From Octopus vulgaris (taxonomy: Eukaryota), in contig OX597822.1 of the NCBI GenBank assembly GCA_951406725.2, positions 44,702,001-44,766,000 of the forward strand: 64,000 nt of DNA, in the 5' to 3' direction. The translations under genes were made by a program, and so were the position numbers. Positions 1 to 13,707 of this stretch are shown here, piece by piece. Each line of letters starts with the position of its first letter. Position 1 is the stretch's first letter. The notes under the pieces are model-generated. The model ran no database searches, was not told where the DNA came from, and was given only the letters and a program-made list of their open reading frames with translations.

Positions 1-43
1 AGCAATGGTGTCTGAAAACTGAAATTTCAGTAATGTAGCTATT

Positions 44-84
<41 letters not shown>

Positions 85-524
85 CTTCTCCCCGTTTCAC
101 TGTCTGTATATCTCTTCTTCTGTCTGCCTGTCTGCCTTCTCCCACTCTCTCTCGCAAACACACACAAATACACGTACACCTACATCCACAAGCACATACA
201 ATATGACTCACATTATTTACTTCTGTCACCAGACAATTTTCAGAAAGAAGTGTTAAGTAGCAAGATGGCGGAAATTAAACTTAAGCCATAAAATCACATT
301 TGCTTCAAACATTTCCACTTTGTATAAAATTCCACCTTTCTTTTACTCTTATTTACTTTTATTTTTACTTTTACTTTCACTTTTACACTTTTTTTAAATA
401 TTTGCTGCACTAATTTATTTTTATTTGTTAGGTTTTGTTAATTCTTTTTTTTAGAATTCTATTTTGTTGCTTTGTAAATTTTTTTTACTATACGTCTTGC
501 TTACTATTATTTTGTTTTTAAACC

Positions 525-754
525 GATGATAATGATGATGATGATGATGGTGATGGCGATGATGATGATGATGATGATGATGCCGTTGTATTTATTATTG
601 TTTTTATCGGACTTCCTTTTTGATACATTTCGTTTTTGTCTTTCTTCTCTTCTATTATTTTTTTTACGTCTTACTTTCTTCCTCGAACCATGTTTTTTCT
701 TCTTTTTCTCTGTACATAGCCTTCCTATTATTATTATTATTATTATTATTATTA

Positions 755-791
<37 letters not shown>

Positions 792-1060
792 TATTCTTCT
801 TCTTCTTCTTCTTCTTCTTCTTCTGCTCCTCCTCCTCCTCCTCCTTCTTCTTCTTCTTCTCCTCCTCCTCCTTCTTCTTCTCCCTTTTCTCCCTCTTCTT
901 TATCTTCTCTTCCTCCTTCTTCTTCTTCTTCTTCTTCTTCTTCTTCTTCTCCCCTTTCTTCCCTCCTCCATCTTCTTCTCCTCCTCCTATTCCTCCATCT
1001 TCTACTCCTCCTCCTCCTGCATCTTCTTCTTCTACTCCTCCTCCTCCATCTTCTTCTTTG
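525..1060. repeat. Compound trinucleotide microsatellite (GAT)n/(ATT)n/(CTT)n/(CCT)n
   Basis: Successive trinucleotide runs are directly visible; they explain the poly-M/I/L/S ORFs at 507-1146. Confidence 0.95.
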
Positions 1061-2031
1061 TCTCAGTTTTTTTCGACGTAATTTGTAGGGAATCGCTAGT
1101 TATATTTTTCATTTGTATTTTTCTTTCTTCTTTTTGTTTGTGTTAATTTCTTGTTATTGGCTTCATTTATTGTTGACATTTAACACCGTGAGATGAAGAT
1201 AATGATCAAGAAGAAAAAGGAAAACGTTCTCCGAAGACCATGGTAAAAATACAGGTTCGATTCTCGATGGAAATCCTTATTACTTCAAAATGCACTCGCT
1301 AATAGAACTGATTGGTGGGGTATTAACGCCACTAACGCAAACACAAAAACTTTCCCGAGTACAGTCAGGATGAATTTAAAGAAACATACCTGCTCAATGC
1401 AGCTCCATATTTTTCTTTTGCTGTGTAATCCCTTAATTACTTTTAAACACCATTTTATCATCTGTCACACTCGTATTGAAACGCTTCATGCTCTTTTGTT
1501 ATAACGCATCGTTGGCTGAGTGCCTATTGTAGTGGTCTGTCTACTCCATAGGTCACGAGATTAATTTTACTGCTGGTTAAAACACTTGACTCTATATTCA
1601 TTCACTCCACTTATCCGTTTGTACAATTTGTTACCAGATCAATGTAGTTCAGTGCTCAACCATAGATTATTAATCAGCTTAGCTAGCTGACAAGAATAAG
1701 TACAGATCGATCTGGTTCAACGCCAGGTCCAGCGATCAGTCCAAGAAAGTGACCGCATTTGGAACCAATTCATAAAAAGTATGGAGGCACATGCCACTGG
1801 ACTACTTCAAGAATTCCTTTGTGTCTGCAGAGTTTATTAAAAAATATGTGAAAAAGGCTTCTAAATTCCTGAAATTCTTCATAATTCTCTTCAATCGTTT
1901 CGACCGATCTACCCAGCAACACAGTGTGCGAAGGGTAAAATCGATCATAGAAAATAATAAAGGATCTCATAATTTCCAATTTTATAAATACATATATTTT
2001 TACACAAACGCATGCATATATGTACATATAT

Positions 2032-2078
<47 letters not shown>

Positions 2079-2290
2079 TATGCGTGCTGTGTATATTTTG
2101 GTGTTACATCAATATAACTTCAACGAAAGAGAAATTTATACAGTGAGAGAGAAATGTTATTTAAGTACTATACATTAAATGGTATATCTATCTGTATGCA
2201 TGTGTGTATGTGTGTGTGAGTGTGCGTGTGTGTGTGTTCGAGCGCATGTGTGTGCGAGTGTGTGTGTGTTTCTATATATACTTATGTATA

Positions 2291-2367
<77 letters not shown>

Positions 2368-2559
2368 GTCTCTATGCCTGTATGATCTGAAAATGTAACA
2401 TTCCCAAATGGAGTGCACTTGATATCCAAGGCTTTGATAATTCTGTAGGATATCATCCAGGTACCCAACTCAGATACTACCACGTCTTATAGCAGAAACA
2501 GCTGTAGGCTAATGAAGCTCAATGCATGACATCTGGGCTTTCCAATGTCATCGTTTTGT

Positions 2560-2654
<95 letters not shown>

Positions 2655-2685
2655 CATACATAGACAGACAGACAGACAGACAGAC

Positions 2686-2734
<49 letters not shown>

Positions 2735-2735
<1 letters not shown>

Positions 2736-2895
2736 GCGCAGGAGTGGCTGTGTGATAAGTTGCTTGCTTACTAACCACATGTGTACGCGTTCAGTCCTAC
2801 TACGTGGCAACTTGGGCAAGTGTCTTCTACTATAGCCTCGGGCCGACCAAAGCCTTGTGAGTGGATTTGGTTGACGGAAATAGAAAGAAGTCCGT

Positions 2896-2945
<50 letters not shown>

Positions 2946-3160
2946 TATGTATGTATGTATGTGTGTGTCTATGTATATGCTTGTGTGTCGCTTGACAACC
3001 GATGGTGGTGTGTTTACGTCCCCGTAACTTACCGGTTCGGCGAAAGACCCCGATAGAATAAGTACTAGGCTTCCAAACAATAAGTCCTGTTGTCGATTTG
3101 CTCAACTAAAGGCGGTGCTCCAGCATGGCCGAAGTCAACTGACTGAAACAAGTAAAAGAG
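2735..3160 (+). mobile_element. tRNA-derived SINE family A, full length, with internal (TA)n
   Basis: Head GGCGCAGGAGTGGCTGTGTG with B-box-like GTTCAGTCC, internal microsatellite, tail ...GACTGAAACAAGTAAAAGAG; near-identical copy at 37399-37820. Confidence 0.9.
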
Positions 3161-3176
3161 TATATGTATATATATA

Positions 3177-3553
3177 TATCTGTAAATGTAATATGTGACA
3201 ATTATTCGGTAGCCAAGAAAGAATTCCGAGTTCCAGATGCCGAGGTGGAAATTCACGCCGCCATCTCTTCAGTTGTCCGGCCATCTTAGTGTTCATTCGA
3301 ATAGCTTTTTTGTCTTAATAGGGGTCAATAACACAGTAATTTCCCCTCGTATAACGGTAATTTTACATAGCGTTTTTCCGATGGCTGGATAACTGAAGAG
3401 ATAGCGGCGTGGATTTCCACCTCGGCATCCGAAACTCGGAGTTTCATCTTGGCTACCGAATAATTGTCACATATTACATTTACAGATAAATTCCTCTAAT
3501 TACATAATATCGAGGTCTCTTTCTTTCTTTTGTTATCTTACCGTTTTTATCAA
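3177..3553 (+). mobile_element. PLE terminal (pLTR-like) module with 5' inverted duplication
   Basis: Inverted arms 3177-3285 and 3380-3488; 3328-3480 is homologous to the reverse complement of 53521-53675, which lies downstream of a GIY-YIG ORF; (TA)n on both sides. Confidence 0.75.
3387..3449 (+). ncRNA. Minimal type I hammerhead ribozyme motif (slightly degenerate)
   Basis: GGATAA-CTGAAGA-GAT...ATC-C-GAAA-CTCGGAG-TT-TCATCT; stem I has one mismatch; the homologous copy at 53551-53613 has a perfect AGATAA/TTATCT stem I. Confidence 0.6.
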
Positions 3554-4428
3554 TATATATATATACATATGCATCAACGTATACATTGACATATACATAC
3601 AGACATACGTAGGCATACATAAAATAAAAAATATCAGTCATATACAGATGTATATGACTGCGTGTGCGCAGTGCGTGCCTGTGTCTGGGTGCCATTTACA
3701 GGTGGAATATCGCTAAGAGATTTTCTGCAAAGCGTTTGTCAAGGAAGTTTACGTCTGACAAAAAATATTATTTTAGCTACAAAAGGATTAACGGTCAGGC
3801 CAAGGCACACACGCACACACGCACACATGGACACACACACATGTAATTACGTGACTGTCTGTTGCCTCATTGTGTGTTATGCGTTCATTTGACGTCAAGT
3901 TATGACAGTAAATCGTTCGAGAAAGTTCGAGAGATTTTGGTTTGGTCAAGTGTTAAGAAAATAGTTGAGCCTGATCACGAATATGTTGTATGTATGTATG
4001 TATGTATGTGTGTATGTATGTATGTATGTATGTATGTATGTGTGTATGTATGTGTATGTGAATTTATATTTATATATATCTATATATGCATATATGTATA
4101 TATGTATGTACGTATGTGTGTATGTACGAATGTATATGTGAATTTATATTTAAGTATATCTATATATATGTATGCATGAATTAATATATACATATGCATA
4201 CATATGTATATATGTATTTGTATGCATATATATACGTGTATGCAAATACTGATGTCTAAGGAATGGAAAAGAAAAAGTAGATAACAGAATTCAATTCTAA
4301 AAATGATAGGTCTTGTTTTATTATTTGAACATAACAAAACATTGCTGAGGGCCTGATTCGTCTACTCTAGGTGTATGTTCATGAGTATATATACACATAA
4401 ATACGCACACACATACACACAATTACAC

Positions 4429-4484
<56 letters not shown>

Positions 4485-4611
4485 GTATATATATATATGC
4501 ACACGCACACCACACACACAGATATGAAACTGTATACATAGCTAACTTTTCCGCTAAATCAGTAAGAAAAATTGCATCCTGTGAGATTTAAATAATATAT
4601 AAATATGCATG

Positions 4612-4643
<32 letters not shown>

Positions 4644-5159
4644 TACATATATATATACATATATATACATATATACGTATACATATACATAAATATATGT
4701 ATACAAATATATATATATATACATATGTACATATATATATGTATATACACATACGTTCATTCATATAATGTATATACTTATATATATATATTTATATATC
4801 ATATCATATGTGTGCGCGTGTGTATGGATATGAAAAGCTAATATCTGAGAGAAGACTTCGACGTTGCTTTTAAATTTCTCATTTTCAATCCTTATTTGTG
4901 GGTCTGTCAAAGTTTCATACAAGCGTAACTAAACCACTTGCGTTACAAATAATAATATCTGACGCACATGACTTTCCGTAAACTTAAATTCCGTCGCGTA
5001 TCTCTGTCTCTGACGTCCAATCTCTCTCTTTTTCTCTGTCTCCCTCTTTCTCTTTCTCCTTCATTTTCTTTTCCTCTCGCTGACGGACATACACATAAAC
5101 ACAAACACGTACACGCGCGCACACATAAACACCCCCCCCACACACACACACACACTTTC

Positions 5160-5365
5160 ATTTTGACTTCGATGTTTGGCACAAGGCCAGCAGTTTCGTT
5201 GCAGGGATAAGTTGATTGCAGAGATTCCCAGTACTGTTTTATCATTCCCGAAATGACGAAAGGCAAAGTCGACCACAACGGAATTTGAATTCACAAAGGT
5301 AAACACGGAAGAAATGCCGCTAACTGTTTTGTCCAGTGAGCTAACGATTGTACCATTTCGCTGCC
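5160..5365 (-). mobile_element. SINE family B monomer (diverged)
   Basis: Contains GAAAGGCAAAGTCGACC...GGAATTTGAA and the TGGCACAAGGCCAGC tail shared with other family B copies. Confidence 0.8.
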
Positions 5366-5514
5366 TTACACTCACTCATACACACACGTATATACACACA
5401 CACACACACTCAAACACGCAGTCACTTACAGACAAACACACACATTCACACGCACACACACTCACACACACACACACACATTCTGACATGTTGATAAAAA
5501 TTTGTCTCAGCTTC

Positions 5515-6241
5515 ATTGTCATCATCATTATCATCATCAACGTCATGATCGTCATCAAGTCCAGCATCATGATCATAATCATCATTATCATCATCATCAT
5601 CATCGTCATCGTCATCAATAACATTACTTCCACCACCACTACCAACACCAACACCAACACGAACAACAACAGCGTAAAGCATCATTAGCGATACGATTGT
5701 CATCCAACACGTCCTCTTCACCCCTCCCTCTTGTCCTCTATATCATTACCACCATCATCACCATCATTACTATCATCATCATCATCATCATCACCATCAT
5801 TACTATCATCATCATCATCATCATCACCATCATCACCATCACCATCATCATCACCATCATTACTATCAACATCATCATCATCATCACCATCATCACCATC
5901 ATCATCATCATCACCATCATTACTATCATCATCATCATCATCACCATCATTACCATCACCATCATCACCATCACCATCATCATCATCATCACCATCATTA
6001 CTATCATCATCATCATCATTATCACCATCATCACCATCATCATCATCATCATCACCATCATTACTATCATCATCATCATCATCACCATCATCACCATCAT
6101 CATCATCATCATCATTACTATCATCATCATCATCATCATCACCATCATCACCATCACCATCATCATCATCATCACCATCATTACTATCATCATCATCATT
6201 ATCATCATCATCATCATCACCATCATCACCATCACCATCAC

Positions 6242-6292
<51 letters not shown>

Positions 6293-6315
6293 TGTCGTTA
6301 TCATCATCGTCGTCG
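5515..6315. repeat. Long (CAT)n-based microsatellite with recurring CATTACTAT variant units
   Basis: About 800 bp of CAT/CAC/TAC triplets; source of the poly-I/S/M ORFs. Confidence 0.95.
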
Positions 6316-6780
6316 CCGTCGGAATTGTAAATATTTTAATATAATTTTATAATTAAAAAACAAAACAAACAAATAAATGAATAAATTAAAAGTAAAAGTA
6401 AAAGGATTAACAAGACAGGTGTCTGTGTGTTTTGTTTTTCTTAATTCGAAGCAAATTATAGGTCTTTTGCGTACATTTGTGTCTGTATGTATCCGTATGG
6501 ATGCATGTATTTGTGTATATATATGTATGTGTGTATGTGTGCGTGTGTTTCCATATCCCTCGTCTCTCTCTTTCTCTCTCTCTCTGGATATGAATGTGTA
6601 TCCATCATTTAAATATACACATTCATATCCAGAGAGAGAGAGAGAGAGAGAATGAGAGAGAAGAGAGAGATGGAAACACACGCACACATACACACACATA
6701 TATATACACAAATACATGCATCCATATGGATACATACAGACAGACACACGTATATATTGTCTGTGTGCGTCAGTATGTAT

Positions 6781-6873
<93 letters not shown>

Positions 6874-6889
6874 TATATACTCTCTTTAA

Positions 6890-7320
6890 CTCTCTTTTAC
6901 TATTTTTCTTGTTTCAGTCATTTGACTGTGGCCATGCTGGGGCACCGCCTTTTAATCGAGCAAATCGACCCCAGGACTTATTCTTTGTTCAACTTATTCT
7001 ATCGGTCTCTGTTGCCGAACCGTTAAGTAACGGGGGCGTAAACACACCAGCGTTGTTTGCCACGCGATGTTGGGGGGACAAAGATAGACACACAAACATA
7101 CACACACACACGTACACACACATATATATATATGTATATATATATACACATATACAACGGGCTTTCTATCAGTCTCCGTCAACCAAATCCACTCACAAGG
7201 CTTTTGTCGGCCCGAGGCTATAGTAGAAGACTCCTGCTCAAGGTTCCACGCAGTGGGACTGAACCAGGAACCATGTGTTTGGTAAGCAAGCTACTTACCA
7301 CACAGCCACTCCTAAGCCTG
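6890..7320 (-). mobile_element. SINE family A, full length
   Basis: Reverse complement of the family A consensus with an internal CA/TA repeat. Confidence 0.9.
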
Positions 7321-7387
7321 TGTATGTTTTATGTATATGTATATATATGTGTGTGTGTTTATAAATAATGTATGCTTATATATATAT

Positions 7388-7439
<52 letters not shown>

Positions 7440-8398
7440 GCAAAAAATTCCAGTTCTGAAATCACTCTAAGAGATCAACACAGTATTTGTACTGACAAAA
7501 ACAAAGTGACGACAAATATTACTAGCCATATATATGTATATACATGTATTTGCGTGTGTGTGTGTACATATATATCCAGAGATATGTATACATGTATATA
7601 GGTATGTGTTGATTTAATATGTATATTGAGTTTTTTTTTCTAATTTTCTGCAATATCTGTCCATTTATATTGAAAGCCAACCAAGAACGGTCGATTAGAG
7701 TCCCTAGTAATGTCACACAAAATAACATTTAGTCATCTACTTATTCGTGAGTCTGTTTTAATTTTATATATGCGCGTGTGTGTATATGCGTGCACGTGTA
7801 ACATTCTTCATATCTTATTTAACACGGATATTCCGGAGAAAGCCACATAACTGCATAATTCGTCTCAAGAAAGCAACTACTACAGACGTCTACAGCTATA
7901 AAAAACACAAGTGTATCACAGCAGACGAAAAGCCCCCAGCAGCAGCGATGGAGTTGCTAAATCTAGAAGTCTGGGTTTTAGTACATTATTAATAGCAGCC
8001 ACTAAGTAGCATCAGAATGCTATAAACAATTTTATTTCTACTGAAAGAAGGGAAAAAGTGATTAACAAATCACTGGAGTCGCAAATAGCTGGTGGATTGG
8101 GTAACACTTGGTTATTAACGATTGTAGCAATATTGTTTCAAAGCAGCAATCATAATAATTTACTTAACGGCAAAAGATTTTATCCGAAACGTTAATCGAC
8201 GATTAATTGATACGTTTTATCTTTCTTTGAGGGCTAGCCTTATAAAATTAACTGTGAACATGCGAATATACGTTGGACTAACGTTACTTTGTGTTTGATT
8301 TTTGTCTAATAATATTTTATCTCTCCCTCTCACTGTGGCATATATTTAGATAATATATTATTTTATATGTTTATGTATTTATATATTATATCATATAT

Positions 8399-8478
<80 letters not shown>

Positions 8479-8480
<2 letters not shown>

Positions 8481-8710
8481 TCTTTTAATTGTTTCAGTCA
8501 TTTGACTGTGGCCATGCTGGAGCACCAACTTTAGTCGAGCGAATCGACCCCATGACATATTCTTTGTAAACCTAGTACTTAGTCTATCGGTCTCTTTTGC
8601 CGAACCGCCAAGTTACGGGTGTGTAAACACACCAGCATCGGTTGCCAAGCGATGTTGGGGGACAAACACAGACACACAAACACACACACATATATATACA
8701 TATATACGAC
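8479..8710 (-). mobile_element. SINE family A, 3' half
   Basis: TTTCAGTCATTTGACTGTGGCCATGCTGGAGCACC...CACCAGCATCGGTTG matches the family A tail. Confidence 0.85.
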
Positions 8711-9185
8711 GTGGGGAAAAAGGTTTAAGGGAGTATACAAAGATTAAACCACGTCTATATATGCACATACCCTTATGCACACACACACATACACACACAC
8801 ACACACACATGCCTATTTACGCACATACCCGAGCACGTCTATATACGCACAAACACATGCGCGAACAAAATAGTTTATACACATGTCTATATGCGCGCAC
8901 ACACACAAGAAAAAAACAGGACAAAATACAGGAAAATGTTTAAAAAAAAACAAAGAGTAAGACACGTCTATATACGCATATACGCGCATGCACGCACACA
9001 CGCACACATCTATTTACGCATATACCCGCGCGCACAAAAGATTCCATATACACATCTAGACAGACAGAGAGATAGACAAACGGATAGCTAGACAGACGGA
9101 TAGCTAGACAGACAGATAGACAGACAAAAAGATAGACAGACGGACAGGCAGACAGGCAGGCAGGCAGGCAGACAGACAGACAGAC

Positions 9186-9244
<59 letters not shown>

Positions 9245-10134
9245 ACTGAATACATGTAAGCACATTTGTGCTAAAATATAAGCCATATTTGAACCTAAAT
9301 TTTTCCACCAGGGAACATTTACTCGAAGAATTCAAAGACTATGTACTTTTCACTAAAATATACACATTTCATAACCGGTCTGCCAAACAAAGTACTTAAC
9401 ATATCACCCCAAGGCACTGAACTAATTCAGTGATTAGGAAAGTTGCTCATTTCGAATATTGATGAGAATCAGTGAAGAATTTCAAAACATTTTTTTTTTC
9501 CCCAAATTACGAAAAGTGTAGGAAGTGAATTAAATTTTGATTTATTTCTTTGCTGTTTCGCATGTTTAAATGAATCATTTTTATCAATTAAATATGAAGA
9601 GTAGTGTCTGTCTGTGGCTGCTTGTGCGTAACAGTGTGTGCGTGTGAATGAGTGTGTGGTGGGGTTTGTCTGCATGCGTGTCTGAATGTGCGGATAATTA
9701 TATTTATGTATGTATGTATGTATGTATGTATGTATGTATGTATGTATGTATGTGCGTGTGTGTGTGTGTATGTATGTATGTGTCGCTCTATATTTACCTA
9801 CTAATCAGTCAATATATATGTACGTGTATACAAGCATACACACACACACACACACACATATATATATGTGTGTATGCGCGCGGAATATATATATATATAT
9901 ATAGTTAGATATATATAGATAGGTAGATAGATAGATAGCGAGAGAGAGAGAGAGAGATAGATAGATATAGATATATGTGTGTGTGTGTTATCTAATAGAC
10001 AAATATATGTATACGAAAGCGTATATGTATATATGCATGTATGTATGTATATATGTAAGTATGAAGTTATATGTCTATCTACCTATGTGTCGCTCTATAT
10101 TTACCTAATAATCAGTATGTATACAAATATACAG

Positions 10135-10184
<50 letters not shown>

Positions 10185-10517
10185 TTATATCTACTATGTT
10201 GAGAGAGTGGGAAAAAGTACAGAGGACAGAAGGGGAGAGAGAGAGACGAGTGATGGAGGAGCAATGAATGGCGACGAGTAGCACAATACATATCAGAGAG
10301 TATATTTATTATTGCTAACAAGTTGATGATTACTCACATCATAACATCACCTTTCTCAATGACAAGCTTTTGCTTGGACGAAGCCAGTTGAGCGGGAAAC
10401 TCAGAGAATCATCTGACAATAATTTGATTAATGTGTATACTATAATGTTTTCGTTTCCTAAAACACAGATTTGTATTTTGATGATAGCACAGATGCGTAC
10501 CTTACTGTGTCTATGAC

Positions 10518-10555
<38 letters not shown>

Positions 10556-10757
10556 TGGTGTATAAATCCGCCTGTAAAATGGCTTCCAGACAGGAAAAGT
10601 CTTGTTAGACATCAGAAATTTGTTAATTATTCTTGATTTACTGGGTTTTTTTTTGTTGGATTTGTTTTTATCTTTTATGTAGAGAACAGCATGGAAACTC
10701 ATGTCTATGTATATATGCATGCATAGACACTTGTATGCATATGTACATAAATGTATA

Positions 10758-10922
10758 GGCCTAAGCGTAGCTGTGTGGTAAGAGGCTTGCTTCCCAACCA
10801 CATGGTACCGAGTTCAGTCCCACGGTGTGGTGCCTTGGACAAGTGTATTCTATTACAACGTCGGATCGACCAAAGCCTTGTGGGTCGACATGGTAGACGG
10901 AAACTGAATGAAGCCCGTCGTG
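10758..10922 (+). mobile_element. SINE family A, 5' half
   Basis: GCTGTGTGGTAAG...GAGTTCAGTCCCAC...GGAAACTGAATGAAGCCCGTCG. Confidence 0.85.
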
Positions 10923-11024
10923 TATATTCTCTCCTGTTCTCATAACTCGTCTCTTTTGCCATTTTGCGAAGAGGGCCCCGTTTTTTCGTGTTTGCGTAAT
11001 TCTCTCCTTCATTATTATATATAA

Positions 11025-11544
11025 CTAGCGGGACCCGTGAATATTTCCGGGAATTAATGGTAAACCTCTCGGGTCATTTCTGAAGACTTTATCCAAAATA
11101 CCTGAAAAGGTAACCTGTGTTTTGTCTGTATCAAATGATAGTCGATCATCTGCTAATCATTAAAAATGAAGAAAATTGGAATACGATGATTATTTAATGC
11201 ACTTTTATATATACACTTTATATATATTTAATGCACAATTTTATAGACTTAACATACAACACTCTCCATCTTTCTCTCTCACACTGCACCTTACTCTCTT
11301 TTTCTCTCTCTTCCTTTTCTTTCGCTCTTCGCCTTTCCCTTCAACTAATCACGTGAAAGCGTTTCGGGCGGGCTAAGTAAGGGAGCCAAAGAACTTGGTT
11401 CAAACGAAATAAAAATTACACATTTCACTCACCACCACCTATCCTTCCGCTCCCCTTCCCCATCCCATTCTTCCTCTCTCCGCTTCAAATAATCACATGG
11501 AAGCGTTACGGATGGGCTATGTAGCAAGCAGAATTATTATAAGA
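11025..11544 (-). mobile_element. Non-autonomous Helitron (520 bp)
   Basis: The minus strand starts A|TCTTATAATAAT and ends with a CCCG..CGGG hairpin followed by TCCCG-CTAG|T. 5' TC, subterminal GC hairpin, 3' CTAG and insertion between A and T are canonical Helitron hallmarks. Confidence 0.7.
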
Positions 11545-11714
11545 TATATGAAAACACATTTTGCTGTACTTCGTGTACGTCATTATGCCAATTAAAAACA
11601 TGATTTGCTTTAATCGTCAACTCATTCGTTATCATTTAATCATATAACAAATTCGTTGTTTAATTAACGGTTCGGTTAGTTAATTATCTTGCTTTGCAAC
11701 GTGCTTTCGTCGCC

Positions 11715-12178
11715 ATTCGCCACCTAGCGATAGTCTTTTCTACTCTAGGCACAAAGTCCGACTTTTTTTTTCTTTTTTTTGTGAGGGGCAGTCGATTAGA
11801 TCTCGACGCCAGTACGCAACTGTTACTTAATTTATCGATCCCGAAAGCATGAGAGACAAAAGTCGACCTCGGCTGAATTTGAACTCAGAACGTAAAGACA
11901 GACGAAATACCGCTAAACATTTCGCCCTGTGTGCTAACGTTTCTTATTTCTTTACTCCCCACAAGGAGCTACAAACAGAGGAGACAAACAAGGACAGACA
12001 AACGGATTAAGTCGATTATATCGACTCCAGTGCATAACTGGTACTTATTTAATCGACCCCGAAAGGATGAAAGGCAAAGTCGACCTCGGCGGAATTTGAA
12101 CTCAGAACGTAAAGACAAACGAAATACCGCTAAACATTTCGCCCTGCGTGCTAACGTTTCTGCCAGTTTGCCGCCTTT
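11715..12178 (-). mobile_element. SINE family B dimer (MetaSINE-like central domain)
   Basis: Two units carry a B-box-like GAGTTCAAATTCC and CTTTGCCTTTCATCCTTTCGGGGTCGATTAAATAAGTACC. This resembles the Meta domain of MetaSINEs (recalled, not aligned). Confidence 0.85.
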
Positions 12179-12989
12179 CGCCATCTAGCGATAATATGCC
12201 CGCTCCACTTCAAGTATGCTCCGGATGTGTCTATCTAAATTCAAGATAGAGATACTGAATATATTTTTACTGGTTTCGGTGATATGCTGCGGTCATGATA
12301 TGGTACCGCCTTCATGAAGTGGTTTTAGCCATCGTATCACACAAAACACCCCATTCTTTCTTTTATTGCATCGATATATGTTGTCTGACTACCAAACGAT
12401 CAAAGAAAAGGGTTAATCCTGACACCTAGAGTTGTTATTTTGATCTGCCAGAAATAATCGCGAATTTGCCCTTATGTTTTACGGATTAATTAATGAAGGA
12501 ATAACAAACTCAAGTGATCTAGGACTGATCTGGGGCTTAGCAGCAATAACATCTACTATATCAAGAATAACTATATGAAGATCTCATCCCATTTACGTAG
12601 TACGTGGTCAGCCCCTTCGGGTCAACACATGATCATTGAGGCTCTAGCCGTGACCATCATGTCTCTTTGTTATGCAATGTGTCATTGTTTTAAATTTGTT
12701 GCGCTTATTTAACCACCTAAAGAAAACTATGATCAAAGGTGTTCCGCTTCAGCCGTTGTCGTCCCGTCTTTTCACATACCAGAGACGTTTTAACCGTAAC
12801 CATCCCGCGTATTTATATATCAAGGAGTACCCTATTCAATGTAGCTTTTTTCTTTGCTCTTGAGATACACAGGGCATATTTCGCAGACGCTCGTGCATCA
12901 TATATGGTATACATTCCCAATTTTTTCCGATTAACAGAGTAACTTGGGTCTTAAGTAAGGAAAGCTTTATATTACCCAGAGCTTATGAA

Positions 12990-13282
12990 ACTGGTCACAG
13001 TCGGTCAACTGAACAGCCTGATCATGCAATTAGCCTGCCAGTGGCTGAGCACTCCACAGACACATGTACCCTTAACGTAGTTGTCAGGGAGATTCAGCGC
13101 GACACAAGTTGTGACTGGGCTGGCCCTTTGAACTACAGGTACCATTCATTTTTGACAGCTGGATGGACTTGACCAACGTGAAATAAAGTCTTTGACAAGA
13201 ACGTAACACACCACTATGTATCGAACTCTGGACCTTATGATCCCTGAGTCGAATACCATAACCGCTAAGCCACGCGCCTTCG
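12990..13282 (-). mobile_element. SINE family C (diverged)
   Basis: GTGGCTGAGCACTCCACAGACACATGTACCCTTAACGTAG tail plus a tRNA-like head at 13215-13282. Confidence 0.8.
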
Positions 13283-13379
13283 CGAGCTTATAAACCAAGA
13301 GCTAAATTTGTTGTTGGCATCGTTTTGTCTCGGGTGACAATGGAGTTGCGCATAAACTAATCCACTCTGGTTTTTACAT

Positions 13380-13707
13380 TTCATGGCCTGTCCAGTTTCC
13401 TCTCCAGTTTTTCTCAGGCCTGGGAGGGGTGTAAGAAAATCCTAGGTAGCCCAATCGTCAGGATTCCTCTCTCGACCTTGCTGATATAGTCCAAAGGAGT
13501 GCAGAGCATTACGTTTGACACCAGCTTGGCTGCAGGAGCTGTCGGAAGAGTGTCGAGTCGAACACTACACCGCCTACGGGGCTCCACTCCAGATTTCTTT
13601 GAAAGTTATTTCCTTTATATAACCCTGGATAGGGGCCCATACTGGGTACTGTCAGCCGGAGCCAGCTGAGCCCGGGACTCGTGTCAGGCAGGGTCGTCAC
13701 TCCCTGA
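13380..13707 (-). mobile_element. GC-richer retroelement fragment, possibly an RTE-type LINE 5' UTR
   Basis: Composition shift; the minus strand CAGCTCCTGCAGCCAAGCTGGTGTCAAACG resembles RTE 5' UTRs from memory; no coding motif. Confidence 0.3.

Noticed and set aside
261-291. CAAGATGGCGG (YY1/Kozak-like ATG context)
   Set aside because: The reading frame closes after 8 codons with no splice donor; a single motif is insufficient.
2470-2510. TAGCA-GAAA-CAGCTG-TA-GGC, the 3' half of an HHR
   Set aside because: The CUGANGA core is not recognisable upstream; counted only as a weak remnant.
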